64,000 nucleotides of DNA from Antedon mediterranea (GCF_964355755.1 NC_092676.1:9649888-9713887); one strand, 5' to 3'; shown: positions 1 through 15,000, numbered from the stretch's first letter. The notes: generated from the sequence alone by a model not told the origin. A program made the numbers and translations.

Positions 1-1438
1 TAACAAGAAAAAAGGGGATGTGGCACATCATGACTGTAACTTTTAAACAAGGCATATTTGATTGCATTTTTGGCAAAATCAGAGATGATGAACCTGGAGC
101 CACTGGTTGATTTGGCATGAAATGACCATTTTGTAGGCATTATCTTCTACCCCTTTTACACTACAAACTCTTTTGTACACAATCACAATTTACACTATGT
201 GAAAACAACTATAGCCTTCTTCCATTTGCACTGGTGTAACCACCTTTTGTTAGGTGTCAAGTCAAGATTCTGATTCTGATTACACAATGTAAAGATGCAT
301 TTTAGTCTGATGAGGCATGATGGGAATCTCTTTGTTGTAGTGTGCCATTTGAATTTGAAAGGAACTGTTATTAATAAATAGTTGGGTTTATGAAAAACCC
401 TTAATGGGGAAGCACCAGCAATACTTTTATCACCTGATAATAACTATAATTTATTAGCCAATGATAAGCATAATAATATTTGCAGAGAGCAACCATTATA
501 TACTGAAATATAACGTTTCATGATCTGAGCTATTACGTGATAATAATAATTATTTATGACTTATCATTTAATAGAATTATAAGAAATGTATTGACAACTT
601 ATTTTCAAAATGATATAAATAATAAACTATTATATTATCATATAAAGCCACAAAAATTGAATTATTTTCCAAAAAAAAACATCTATTGTTAATGTACAAT
701 ACCAAACAAACACACATAGAAAATAATGTCTGAAGGGGCACAGTCAAGGGAATTAGGAAGAATATGTTAACAAATCTTAATAACTCGAAGACGAGTTCAG
801 ATTTATTTGTTCCTTGCGGAAATTCATGACACATGGCAAAATACAAAACGTACAAAATATAAATAAATAAAATATATAAGAGGCTAGGAGTCCTGAAACA
901 ATGATAGGATGAACTACGAATGACCTACAACTCACAGCCTACTGGGCTGAATTGCACACAGGTGTGGATGGCATGTAAAACATTTCTTCTCCCCTGAGGA
1001 TCCCTTTGTGTTGTAGCTGCCACAAAACAATGCTCATATATCTGTCCACAACAACATAATACCAAAAAAAACCAAATTACTTAATTAATTATCTCAATAT
1101 TTATTTGTAAAATAATTTTGATATTGAAAATGTGTGTAGTTGGTCGCTTTCTTGTCGATGCTTTTATTGTAGAACGTAATTTATTTATTTTTCTCTGCTC
1201 TGGGTTGACCAACTAGCATAGGTGTTTAGCACCTGTTTGGTCTTTCTGTGCCTCCTTTTATAATTGTTTTGTCTTCTTTGTTATGTATATGGAAGAAATT
1301 GAATAAATAAAAAATAAATTTAGGACACTTCTACTGTATTTAGGAGATAAAAGGAATAAAAGACGTTATATGTTTTAGGAAACACACCTAATAGGAGACA
1401 CTTGCACACCTAATAGGAGACACTTTCTTAAGTCTTGA

Positions 1439-1558
1439 AGTTATCCCCCTAATAGTTATCCCCCTAATAGTTATCCCCCTAATAGTTATCCCCCTAATAG
1501 TTAAGTTATCCCCCTAATAGTTAAGTTATCCCCCTAATAAAGTTATCCCCCTAATAGT
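1439..1558. repeat. Minisatellite of ~15-bp unit AGTTATCCCCCTAAT (about 7-8 copies)
   Basis: Direct tandem copies, some with TTA/AA spacers. Confidence 0.85.
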
Positions 1559-2072
1559 TTCTACTGTACTTAAAACTCAGTCGGTCTCAAGACAAGTGAA
1601 AATATATGCTTTTTGCAAATATTTATCCTTAAAAGGTTATTAACGCACATGCCCAAGTTCTTGACTATGGATATTAATTGTCCCCCCCTAAAAATATAAT
1701 TTTTCAAAATGTTTTTGTTGAATATGCCATTTTAATGTCACATTTACTTTAGTTTTACCAAAAATTGGATCTAAAAAAAATAAAATAAAAATTGTTACCT
1801 TGTAAAACTGTAATTTAAAGCAAAAATTGTCAAATTGACTTGAAATCAATGAATTTTTTATTGTTGTTTATTTGTGTATTTATATAATATATTATAATAT
1901 AAGTGAAAACATTTTTTCTACAGAATTGATTACCTTCATTAAAACTACGAAATGGCCTATTCAAAGTCTATTTTTATTATCTTCATTTTTCATGTATTTT
2001 GACAATACATCTTTAATCATTTATGATATTTGGTAAACAATTATTATTCATTATTATACGGTTTTTTTTCAG

Positions 2073-3615
2073 TGAAACAATCAGCAATGATCCTTATGCA
2101 GTCCATTCCATCACATTTAGATGTTCAAAACATTGAGAGTTCTTTGGAAGAAAAGGTGCGTTTTAGTGTAAATCTGTTATTATACATATTTTAATTCATG
2201 ACTTCTGATTGGTTGAATAGCAGCTATGGTATATTTCCAACCATTTATAAGAGACAACAATTTAAAGTGATTGGAATCAACCATGGTTTCCCTTTGTGTT
2301 GCACATGTTGGGAAGATACCAAGTACAACATGTTGTATCAACTGGGTGAGGGGACCAAATACAACATATTAATGGGGGAGGGGTTCATCAACTTTAAACA
2401 TATCAGCGATTTATCTTTCATAAAAATGTTCTCATTTGAATTTTATTATATATTTTAATATATTTATACTTTTTACTTACTGTTTCAGTTTCCAAATATA
2501 CGGTTACACGAATTCCATATTTGGCAATTGACGACGAACTTGACTATAGCCACCGCTCATATTATAGTCACTGGTGAGATAGATGAATACATGGCTATGT
2601 CTGAGACTATTAAGGAGTTCTTTCACAAACGTGGCATCCACTCCACAACCATTCAACCTGAATTTGTTGTAAGTTTTTTAGTTTTTGGGATATTTTTCTG
2701 GTTTATAGGTATTTTAGTACAATTTTGTTGTGGTTATCAGTGATTAAACTCTCTATTGGCAACACTCCATGCAATTTTTTATATAAGATATCAATAGGAA
2801 GGGATGGGGATGGAAGCAAGCAATCAATCCTCACCTAAAACCCTTGCTTTGGCCCGAGGTGAGAAAATGTTGGGAGTACTGTATGAACAGGGACATTTCA
2901 CTCCTACCTATGTTATGTAAAACATCTAGTAGAATTCCACTCTGGTAATTTTTGTTCCCCTTAACGCCACCGAATTAGCCTGCCTTGGTTAAATAAAGAT
3001 AATCTTCAGGAAGAGAATATTACAAAATTTAAAAAAACAACACTTACTAGTTGGATTGAACAAATATTTCAGTGATACTGTACAACCACCATCAACAGCA
3101 TTGTAAATCTATCTATTTAAGTGATGTTGAATGCTTTGAATCTTTTTCTGATGTCTCGCAAACAACACACACACGAAGAACAATCTTCACAATGATATTA
3201 ATTATGTATTATGCTTTCATGTGAATAAATTGATTCGTCAAACTTGTTTGATCATACACATAACAATATAGTATTTGGCAATGTTAAACTAAATTCTGAT
3301 GAAAGGAAAGAAATTGTTTATTTTTTTAAAAATATGTAGTCATATTTTTTCTTTCCATAGTTTTTTTTCTTATACATTTAGGATAATTTTATACAATTAT
3401 ATAGTAAGAATATAAATGTTTCATTTTTTTTATAGCGCGATTATGCCGACTCAAGCATAACCAACACCGACTGTGTTCTGAAATGCAAGACAGACGTGTG
3501 CGACAAACAGCGTTGTTGTAGTTTGCCAAAGAAAAGTAGTGTAGCCACTATTGTTAGTCAAGAAACTAGTTCTGATGTAGAGAACCAAGATGAACAAGTC
3601 ACAGACAAAGTCTGA
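2073..3615 (+). CDS. SLC30A1: Zinc transporter ZnT1-like (CDF/SLC30 family), last three coding exons: 2073-2155, 2489-2668, 3436-3615 (5' part outside window)
   Basis: GT-AG exons splice in frame to LKQSAMILMQSIPSHLDV...HEFHIWQL...IATAHI...FFHKRGIHSTTIQPEFV...CVLKCKTDVCDKQRCC...DKV*. This shows the CDF cytoplasmic domain motifs plus the ZnT1-type C-terminal Cys cluster. Confidence 0.9.
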
Positions 3616-5548
3616 GAATATTATCAACACTTAAGACTGGTTCTAAGTTTCAGTTTACATAGTCTTAGGTGATGGAGTTTAAGCTAGACGTTTTACACAA
3701 AGTCTGCTGGGGTGTTTTAGTGTGTGAACTTGAATTTACATTGGGGATATCAGGTTATCAGACAAAGTTTCATGTCCAAAAGTATAAAGTGAATATTAAG
3801 TACATATTTACTCGAGATCACAATTGAAAAAGATTGGTATCTGGTGTCAGGAATATCTTTGGACACATGTTATTGTTGTCATGTAAATTCCTAAACAGAA
3901 GAATCTGTAGGCCCTCAGGATTTTTGTGTGCTAGCTAGATGAGTTGTTTTTTAAATGAAAAAAAAACTAATTTTATCCGAAATAATTTAACTAATACACC
4001 TTATTGTGCATTGTGACACATAAACTATAAACAGTAACAATATTATAATATACAAATAATTAATGTTTTTTAGTGCAGTGGTAAAAATACTTTCATGAGG
4101 TGAAAATAGAACATATTATTTTCCATTGCACAGATACAAAAAACATTGATCATTTGTTTCTAAAGTAGATTGTTGTCAAAGTTCATAATAATAATAATGA
4201 ACGTGCATAGACTGGTACACATTTGCACCCTCATATAACGGATAATGACGTGGCCAACAAAGTATTTATTGAATATCATGTGACCCACAATCCTCCAATC
4301 AAATGACAACACTATCTACTTTATAATTGTTTAAAGGTTGGCATGCCAGTCAGGTTTGCGGTACACTTAAACAATTTTTGATGCACCCATAAATAAAGTA
4401 TTATTAGTTTGTCAAAAATAGATACAACAAAATTATTATTTTAGCAGTCAAAAGGGGGAAGCATGCTGTACTGTAGTATGGAATTGCTACAATTACTCAG
4501 TCTGTGTGCACTGCTTGTAGGCCTATTCTGTTGGAATAGGAAGAGAAATATAATTAGCGTTACAGAGATCTTTATAACATGCCTGTATGATTGCATTCTT
4601 GTAATTTGATTTGTCGCATCACATGCAAAAAAAGTGATATCTAATGACGATTAGTAGTGGGCTCTAATGCATGTTTAGCTTTCTGCAAACATTTTGAAAA
4701 TTATAACATTTTTGCCATACAAACAAAAATGTTGGAGCAAGTTTACTTTAGAACAGTAGGTGTTTTATAAATAAATAATGAATGTTTTGTATCCGTTAAA
4801 TGGAGAGAATATTTCATTCGAATGAAGATTGACTGGTCTATTTAACTTGGCTCCATCTTGTTAAATAGAGCAGGTAAACTTTCAACTCAATATTCTCACC
4901 ATCCAACTCACTTATAAACATTCATTATATAGTATTTGTATGCATAATAACAGTTAACAGGCACGGACAAATTTGAAACCATTAGTGATAATTATCTTTT
5001 AAAACAGATTATGAGATCGCCACACATTTGTTGCATCTGATAATTATGCAGGTTGCATAACTAGGTGCTTACTATTGTATTCAATAGGGTGCAAAGGTGA
5101 CAATATGTTGTAATGACTGATTAAGTTAAAGATCTATTGTCTGAGTGTTAGACAATGGGTTTTGGTTAAATCATGGATAATCCATGGTTAAATTTAACCA
5201 TTTTGTCTTTTTGTAAGTGAAATCTTTATTTTTATTGTTTTTTTGGGGGGGACAATACATCTTTAAACCATTTACCCTTTTATTTATTTAATAGGCCTAA
5301 AGGAAATAAAAAAGTAATTTTTTATTTTTTACAATGTAAGTAAAACCAAAAAAAAAATTTGATAATTTTAGACTAATTGTATAATGAAAAAATATTAATA
5401 ATTATATATTAATATTATGTAAATTATGTATTTCAATGTACAGTATAAATGAACAGTATATTTATATACACAACAGCAGCTCAAAACAGGGAAGTGTAGA
5501 GAACTGAAATACTTGGCCCTATTTTACAGGGAGAGAAGGAATTAATTA

Positions 5549-5863
5549 CCGTATTTACTCAAATAAATTGCCCAGAGCATTTATTGTTCAGGAGCAGGTT
5601 TTTAGGGGGAGTTTATTCTAGGGAGGCGTTTATTCAGTGGATTGTTTATCTTTTGTGAAAAAAATACAACACAATTGATATCAAGAAGTGATAAAATACA
5701 GTGAAAATGGTATCAAAATGCTTGGTAAATTCAGGGAAGAGTTAAATCTTCCCTGGTAAATTGTAGATCATGTCAATCAATGAATTCTACAGCGCTAAAA
5801 ATAGAAATGTGTTTGAATACAATGTATTATGCATGTGGCGGGCCTTTATTCAAATAAATATGG
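5549..5863. mobile_element. Tc1/mariner-pogo-type MITE (TA TSD)
   Basis: TA|CCGTATTTACTCAAATAAA ... TTTATTCAAATAAATATGG|TA. Related copies at ~16709-17028 and ~17901-18230. Confidence 0.65.
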
Positions 5864-7065
5864 TATTATTATATTTATATATAGACAACTTTTATAGTTA
5901 GTGTTGTGTTGGCACCTTGTAAGTTTTTCACTCAGAAATTTTAGTTTGTCAATTCAACTTTTGTGTTTTAAAATTGCTGAGTGGCCTTTCTAGATCGTAG
6001 GTAACGAAAACAATTTATACTGTATATTTTCTTTTTTTTTGTAATTTATACAATTAATGCTTATAGTTGATAAAATAAAGGCGTATTATTACAATTACAT
6101 AAGGTATAGTAATAAAGTTGTGATAATTATATTGTTTTGGAATTTTTATACAACCAGTTTTGATATTCACTATGCTCAGCGGTGTAACGCCTACGAGCGC
6201 TCCTCACTGGCTAAACCCAGGGGCCCCGTAGCTTGAGAGGCCCGCAGCAGTACAAACAAAAAAAACATGTCCGATACTGTGCTTTTGTCTGTGGGTCTAC
6301 CTTTTACAAATGTTGGAGTCACTATCAGAATGTTTTGTTCTAGGAACGACTTCAAAGTTCTGCTACTTCAAAAAATCATGAAAAAGCTTTAAAACGGCAG
6401 AGCGGCTGGGTGGCCCTACCATCTTTGGCCCTGGCTTTTTTTAATTTGTTTTTTTTGGGGGTGGGGGGGAACAATACTGTACATCAAGATTTGTTTCCAC
6501 TAGAGCTGTAGTTGCAAGGACATAGACGTGATGCAACCACAACGCAAGCGATTTGACCAATCAAAAAAGTCAACTCAACATTTTCTTTAGAGGAATATAG
6601 ACTTTACATCTTTATTTGTATTTCTTATCACCTTCAACCGATTGCAGATAAAAAGAGTGTACATTTTAAGATTAACAACATGTAGGTAAACTTTTCACTA
6701 CAAAGTATCTTTTCATTTATTTATCTAACACACATGAAGCAATATTTACAAATACAGTTAGTGAGGTAATTAAATAAGGTATCTTCATTCAATAAAAAAT
6801 GGCAAAATTTACAATGAATGAATGAAATTAAATATTAAAAAAACCTTTTATTGCAATTAGTATGATTTAAAAAGTCTATTTCCTGTAGACTAATGTCCCA
6901 AGTTATCGACTGTCTAACATAAAACACATTGATCAAACCTATAAACAAAGAATTTTACCAGGCATTGTTAACTAAGGATAGGCCTACAGGTTTCCTGCAT
7001 TGCACATGCCTAGCATTTCAAATGGTAGCTGCATATTAATGCAGTTTCGCACAATTTTTATCTAG

Positions 7066-7315
7066 TACCCTTTTCACACTTATATAATGTAAATATAAAG
7101 TGGTAACCAGGTTTGCATAATATAAAGACAAAATGTCCCAAGTTGTTACTGCGTGTGAGACTATTGACCTGGTATTAAGCTGACCAATCATAGTAATCAA
7201 ATAGCGCGCAACTATGCTCGATTTCCCACGGTTAGCGTATGCATGTGTGAAAATGTCTAATAAATCAGAAACCTGGTAACAACTTGTTACAATTTATGCA
7301 GATGTGAAAAGGGTA
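7066..7315. mobile_element. MITE with short TIRs (PIF/Harbinger-like)
   Basis: TACCCTTTTCACA ... TGTGAAAAGGGTA terminal inverted repeats. Confidence 0.5.
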
Positions 7316-7499
7316 TTAAAATAAATAAATTTTATAATTGCATTTGTTAATAATAATATAGTTATGTATTTTTACATCATTAAAAGACAAATTATTACAA
7401 TATAAAAAACAATTAAAATCTTTCAATATTTAGTTCAAATTATATTAATAATGCAAGCTCTTATTTTATTCATCACACAAAATTTAATATAAACAATAA

Positions 7500-7678
7500 T
7501 ATACAGAGTTAATAAACGCAATCAGTGTTCTCTTGCATAGACCACAATGCTCAAGGTTTATACAGAGTTAATAAACGCAGTCAGTGTTCTCTTGCATAGA
7601 CCACAATGCTCAAGGTTTATACAGAGTTAATAAACGCAGTCAGTGTTCTCTTGCATAGACCACAATGCTCAAGGTTTA
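7500..7678. repeat. 59-bp tandem repeat x3
   Basis: TATACAGAGTTAATAAACGCA(A/G)TCAGTGTTCTCTTGCATAGACCACAATGCTCAAGGTT at 7500, 7559 and 7618. Confidence 0.9.
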
Positions 7679-8413
7679 GGTAATAATAATTTCATTTCAC
7701 AACAAAAAAAGAAAATGAAGAACAGACAAATATTGAGTTTTTTGAAAAGTATGTTTATAAATTATACTCAATGCTTGTAGAGCTATTATTAAATCCTGGC
7801 ATATTTGTAATTCTAAACGAAATTTTCAAAAAAGTGTTGTTACAATTACTTCAAATTCACTCTACTTACTACAACAGATTAGATTTAGAGAGTAAAGAAA
7901 ACATTACAAAATTGTAAGCGGTGAAGTGTATGTATACAAGTATGTTGTACAATATTCTCTACTCCATGGTGCAAGGTATTAGATTTTGGCTTTGTGCTTA
8001 CCAGTGTACTTCTTTAGATATTCTAGTCTATGCCTAGCTCCTCAACTGTAGGTTAAAAATCAGAATTGTATTAAGAGGTGTATAAACCAGCCTAACACTA
8101 TGTGCTTTGTACCTCATTATTTCTTTCAATATCACTTTGAACCTTGACCTTTCCCATTCCAAAAATCATTCCCGCACACCCGACGTCAGTACAAGTTTAA
8201 TAGAATGGCAAACTAATGGTTTAAGTAATATTTAAAATGTTCAACCATAGATTTATAACGTTTTATATGTATAGGTCCATGGTTAAACTCAAAATTATAC
8301 ACATTGTTATAATTGTCCCCCTGAAAAAATATTTAACAAAAACAAAAAAAATGTTTAATATGCATGCTATAGTTATTTACTATGACCAAGAATTTGATTA
8401 CAAATTATTTACT

Positions 8414-8769
8414 AAATAAATAAATGTTAACTTTTAGTTAAACCAGTTGACAAGTACTTACTTGCTACGTTTCAGCTACTTTCAGTAGCCTTGGTCACGC
8501 AAATGACGTTGACATGATGTTCTGTCATTCATCATAGTTCGGTGAATTGCGCCACCTCTCGTCTGATGTTCAGCTTTCTGCTGGTGTCCCCCTTTGGATG
8601 CTTGGGTGTGAACTATGACGAATTACAGAACATCATGTCAACGTCATTTGCGTGACCAAGGCTACTGAAAGTAGCTGAAACGTAGCAAGTAAGTACTTGT
8701 CAACTGGTTTAATTAAAAGTTAACATTTATTTATTTAATATCCATTGAAACCAGATGAAATTTTTTGAG
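8414..8769. mobile_element. Penelope-like element remnant: inverted pLTR pair with 12-bp TSD
   Basis: Inverted arms 8414-8540 and 8610-8736, each with a hammerhead motif. Direct flanks AAATTATTTACT at 8402-8413 and 8770-8781. Confidence 0.75.
8648..8688 (+). ncRNA. Minimal hammerhead ribozyme (Penelope type), G3:C8 core variant; identical copy on the minus strand at ~8462-8502
   Basis: TTGC-GTGACCA-A-GGCTACT-GAA-AGTAGCT-GAA-ACGT-A-GCAA: stem I TTGC/GCAA, stem II, palindromic ACGT stem III, GUA cleavage triplet. Confidence 0.65.
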
Positions 8770-9070
8770 AAATTATTTACTGAAAAATAGTAATTTAAAG
8801 CCAAAAAATTGTAAAATTGCCTGTCAGACAATTGGGTTTTAGAAATGTAATCATTTATGTTGTGTTTAAATCATTTATTTTATTGTGTTTTTTTCTGTGG
8901 AACTTTATTAACACTGACAAATGACATTATAAAATCTCATTTTTATCAATCTTCTTTTTCCATGAAAATTCAATGTGAATATAATTTTGACTAAAGGACA
9001 TCAATTTTAGACTGACTATATATTAATTATTATGTAAAAGAAGAATCATAGTAAGATATCAGTAAGGCAC

Positions 9071-12000
9071 CTATCGCTTCAGTTGATTTTCATTGAATAC
9101 TATATCATCTGAGATGTCAGCTCGTGCTGGCAAGATGCCAATTTCAGCATTAACTGGCTGTGATTTGGCAAGGGCCATTAGGAACCCATAGAAAGACACT
9201 CGTTTTGAACTGGAAAGTATATCATCCAAACAAGTAACAGCAGGATGACTGAAAGAACAAATATTTCAATTTAATATATTTATTTCCACTTTATTTAGAG
9301 AGGGTAACGTTTCCAGCTGAACATGCAGGCTAGCTGATATCCAGCAGCCCACTTTAAAATGATAAAGTATAAAATCTATTACACTTAACTAATTTAAACT
9401 CTTTACAATATAAACTACATTTAATAGATTATGATTACAATACAATAAAGAAATTAAAATTGGATGAATTTTTTAAAACGGTTGGTAATAAATTAATTAA
9501 ATGCATTATGTTCATTCATGGTTCATTACAAAAAAGACAATATGGTCAGGATCATTATTCTGCATAATGCAGTTATTAGTTCTTGTGCATTATACCCACT
9601 ATTAAAGAACTACCGTCCGGACCCAACAAAGTAACTCCTTAATAGGGTTGTCACCTGAATAGGGTATGCTGTATATTGCCACTTATTTCACAGGAAAGGG
9701 TCCTCATAAATAGGGGTGGGTGTCCCTATGTTTTATTTTATTATCCATTTCGACACCTAATCACTGCAACATGTACTGAACAACATATTTGATTGAATTA
9801 GTTGTTTTCAAATAAAAACATGATAAAAAATCACTTTGATTAACCAAATTATTTGTTTAGTTGAGCATCATAGAGAAATCGTATATTTTTTTTGTTGAGA
9901 AAATGGGATTTTACTATATTTTGCATTATAATGCATATTCATGTAAAGAGACATGAGCCCTCTATAGTAATTTATAGTTTTTCCTTTCTAGTTTGAAGAG
10001 GGCACTCTGAAAATGGCTCTGTGAAGTGGGAAATGGCTGCGTCATCCACCTTGGCGCAAGTCTTCCATCCAGCCGAAAGTAGGGCCTAGGCTTAATACAT
10101 ACACGTCAAACATATTTCAATCTTGGAAACCAAATGTTACTTAAAATCTAACATTTAATGCAGTCCCAATTGAAATTTTACTGTATAAACTTCAAGCATA
10201 ATAATAAGACTAGACATCTATCCCTTTTTGTCAATGCATGCCTAAACAAAAGCACCATAGTAGTTTGACCATACAGATATTATACAATCTCTGTGGTTTG
10301 ACCTATATGTTTAGCCAGTGAGTGCTTATAGCCGTTACGCCACTGCTGGATATAGTGAACAATATCTCACTGCAACAATGTTTCAAAGTAAAAGTTCACG
10401 AGACAGTCACTTCAATAAATGAGTAAACAGACTGTAGTTACTGCATTTGAATAATTTAGGAATGGTTCCTTGTAACATTAACTATTTATTGCACTGATTA
10501 CTAGCTGCATATTAAGGAGGTGTACATATACAATGACCGGGATAATAATTATGAAGTGCTTTAGAAAAGCATTAAGTACTACAGTATAAGATTGACATAT
10601 TGCTTCTTGATGAAGTGTATAAAATTAACAATATACACAATGTTATACAGTAGGGTCACATTTTGTCAAAAATTGCAATTAATTTATAAAATTTTAGTTT
10701 AAAATTATGTCTTGGTAATCTTATTTAATTATAGTTTCCGTATCATGGACAGTAACGTAAGTCAACACTACAGTTCTTGTTACGTTTCAAGTTGTGTTGT
10801 TTTTATGTTGTGTTTATATTTTTCCTTCCCTTATTCCATAATTTATTTATTATTAATATTATTATTGTTTTTTATTCATTTATTTGTTATATTTTTTCTT
10901 CAGAGGCCATCAAGGTAAAGCAAATTGAACTTGATAAGAGATCAGTTCAAAACTGTTCAATTTCACTTACAGTTAACTACATTTTTTCACTGCAATGTAA
11001 TTGTGATGTTTCGATGGTGAAGTTTATGAACACACAAAATAGTTATTATTAATTAAGGTTAAAGCAACATATTAAAAGAGCAAACAAAATGTAGTTACTG
11101 CAGTAACTACAGTAGAATCATTTTGACATGGCTCTGATTAAGATAGAAATACCTTGATGAATGATAAATGATTCATAAACCATGGTTCCTAATAAACAGT
11201 TTGTTTGAAACGGTATATTTTTTCTTCATCATTGTTTACTTGATGTAATAAAGGATTGAATCATAGGGGCCCACCCTAAATTTCTAAAATGCAAAATATA
11301 GAACATTGGTTTAGTTCAGCACTTAATTTCCCAATCATAGGCCCTCTGGGCCCATCCCTACCCAACCCACCTCATTCTAAATCCTGGATAAATAAAGAAT
11401 ACTCAACCTATAATTGACAGATTGGCAAGCATGCTTGAGAGCATCTAGAAACATGTTGGCATCAATACCATCTGCATGTGATTCAACTGCTGCTGGCCTT
11501 TGTTGCTGCTTTGGTGAGGAACTCTCACTTGGTACAACTACTGCTTCTCTTGGGCTCATCGTTGTGTTTAGAAGTCTTTGGTAAACACTTGAACACTCAA
11601 TTAAGAATTCTAGTTTGCCAAAAGAAAGTTTAATATTATCAGTATCATAATGTTATCAAGTAGAACTTGAGTTGCCTTTTCTCTCCTTCCTTTTTATCTA
11701 TTATATATTTATACGTTTTTATATAAAAATGTTTTCTGTGTGGGTATTTATTTTTATTTTGAAGACAATTTTTTTATCATAAATTGCATGTTTTTAATCA
11801 GCAATATCTGCTATCTCTCGATATTTTGATTTAATTTGCAATGTACCAAAATTTTACATCCCATTTGAAGGACGACTAGTATCTTGTCTAGGATACAAGC
11901 AATATGGATTGACCATGCTAAAGCGATATCTTTTTCAATTATACCATACTGCTCTCATGATATCTGTATTACTGTACATGCACATATCAAACAAGAAATT

Positions 12001-15000
12001 GTAATTTCAGCATGACTAAATGTACAGTACAATATGGTATTAAATTGGAAAAATCAATGGAGGCTATATCAACGCACACTGACACGAAATACATCCACAG
12101 CTAAAACGGTCTAAACTACACCTCCCACAACTTTTAACTAGCCTGAAATAGGATTGGCCATACACCAATCCTCCTGGCTAATAACAAAAGAAAGCCTTCA
12201 TGAGATCAACCACCAACAAGTCAATTATACAAACCCTTGAGGTACAGTACATTGATGATCACTATAGTCTAATCTTATAATATCATTAGCTTACCACAAT
12301 AGTAAAATTGAATTTGAAAGGCAAAGAGAAAATCTGCAAAGGACATGAGGGAGTTGAGGGCGTCTTCCATGATGCGAGCTGTTCTCTGTACAACTTCTAA
12401 TGGAAAATTAGCACACAGTATACACAGCAATGAATGGTATTCCCTTACATTCAGCAAATCTGTGGAAAAACAAATATTAATCAATTTCTATTTCGATTTA
12501 GATTCTCAGACAAATTTAAACTATTGTTTGTTATTTTAGTAGACCAGAGATTCATTAAAATAAAAGATTGACATGAATTGAAAATTATGTTACTTGTTGA
12601 GCTTTAACTCTCTGACTAATTGAGTTTAACGTTTTAAAAGAATTCATTGTGACTGTGTAACATATTCACCTTACACTTTACAATAAATAAAATATCAAAA
12701 CAACCAATTTTAAAAAACTGGGAGAATTTGCATTTTTCAACCGCAAGTTTGTACTCACCGCCATTTCTTCCGATGTATTTATAACATTTCCAAAATGTAT
12801 GTATAAATGAAGCTCTGTTATGGGATGTTTTTTGAATGAATTCAAATTCACGATAAAGTGTATGTGTTCCACTTTGAACACTCTGAAAACTAAAGAGACA
12901 CAACATTATAATAACAACATTATAATATTTATTAGGTCACCATATGAATGATTGAAAGAAATGAGAATAGTCACTCTTAAGGCCCATTTACACTAGGGCG
13001 ATAACGATCGACAATAAATAGATAAACATACATTTTTCTTGGATAAAACAAAAGAAATTAGAACAGTTTTCGTTCTAGAACTACCGGATAATGTATGCTG
13101 TACAGTGTATTTGATAAAAATAATATTTTTAAAAATCCAATCATATGATGTCATGATCAATAAAAAAAAATAAAATTGTATTGTAACGATATTATTGCTC
13201 TTACTAATCATGAAGTCATTTGATTGGATGTGTGGAAAAATTATTTTCATCAAAGGCAGCATAGATGATAATCTTTAGTTCTATGATGAAAATTTGTTTA
13301 ATTCTTTAGTTTTAGGTATGAAAAACGCATCTTTTTATCGTCGATCGATAAATGGGCCTTTATACATTACTGTATATAATACAATAAACAACAGTAAAAT
13401 AACACACTGGCGCAACACAAGCGAGTTCACCAATCACAAGCGACAGTTAGGATGATCCAAGTGTCATTAATTAAACTGTATAATCTAATTTAGTGAAACC
13501 TATTGCCACCATCAACCGTGTGCCTAATCTAAGGCCTTATTTTATATCGGCAAATTCAACCGTGCACCTTTATATAATATATATACTGTACCGTACTTTA
13601 TTTATTCACGAGACTGATGTACAGCACAACTCATTCAATCAACATTGATTGTTTTTGAACAAGTTTGTGATATTACAAATTAATCACACACTTTGAAAAT
13701 TATTCTGTTGAGGAACAGTCAACTCTGCCTTTTTAAAACTATATATTACTAGATGCAATAATGGTTGGCTGTAATCTTGCATACAGTATAAGGACTTACT
13801 ATTCAGTGAAGAACTTTGTAATCTTGCATACAGTATAAGGACTTACTATTCAGTGAAGAACTTTGATATATTTATCTTTGAATTTTCTTCTTTCAGTTCC
13901 AGCAGTTGATGAACTGCATCTTCAACATATACTAAAATTTGATTTTTGTCTGAAAGAAAATGACATGACTTTAAAAATAAAAAAATACATACAAGACCAA
14001 AATAGATGTTTCTTTATAGGCCTAAGCTCATCCAGTTACATTCAAGGTTTTTCAGAATTTATTTTTATAATTTTTTTAATAATTTAAACAATAAAATTGC
14101 ACAAGGGTATTCTTGAGCTTTGTATTGGTTTAAAATATTTTTTTATTCATTCAATTGAAATGTGTGTTTAGATTCAATGTGCGTATAACATGCACATTTA
14201 GGCAAGAACAGCATTTATAAGGGTTAATAAAGATATTTATTATGGTTAAACAACACAAAAGAAAATGAGCGAAATACTGAGAGAGACCCATGGACATGTT
14301 ACAGTACAGTATGTCGTATTCAAATTTTAAAAACAGGTTTACTTGCTCAATTCTTAGAAAAATTGCACAGCCATATAGGCCTTCATGGCAAGGCCTTTGA
14401 ATACTTTGCATTGCGATTTGAAATTACAAGGATTTTATTGCGCTGGCGCAGCATAAGATTCAATGTTTAAATTTTAAATACATTCTTGGCCTATCCTACT
14501 GACACAAAAAATTTTGAAATGTCTTGTAAGCATTTTGAACTACTTTTATAAGAAAGGGGTAAATGAATAAAGCAATTTAAAGCAAAAATTATTAGAATCG
14601 GACCAGTATTAGCGGAGATATTATCATTTAATTAACGTCTTTTGAAGGAGATAATCTTTATTGTTTTTATTGAAAAAGAAGCACAGACAGACAAAAGAAA
14701 GATAAAAGAATCTATCTGCATAAGAAAAAGACCACATAATATCAACAGAGACATTGGTGGGTATGACCTCCCACATACATATGATAGTTTGCTGGAAAAA
14801 GTTGAAGCAGGAGGGGGCCAGCGGAGACGCTCTATCGTCAATACCAACCAGACGGCTGGTGGCGCTGTTCAGCGTCACTTACAAAAAACCAGACCATTCC
14901 AACACAGGCATTAGTCTGAAGCAGCTGACAGATTGTCGGCGAAACGTCACGAAGGTAATTTTATTCCCTTTTCGTTGTTTTGGTTCAACATAAAAGTAAA

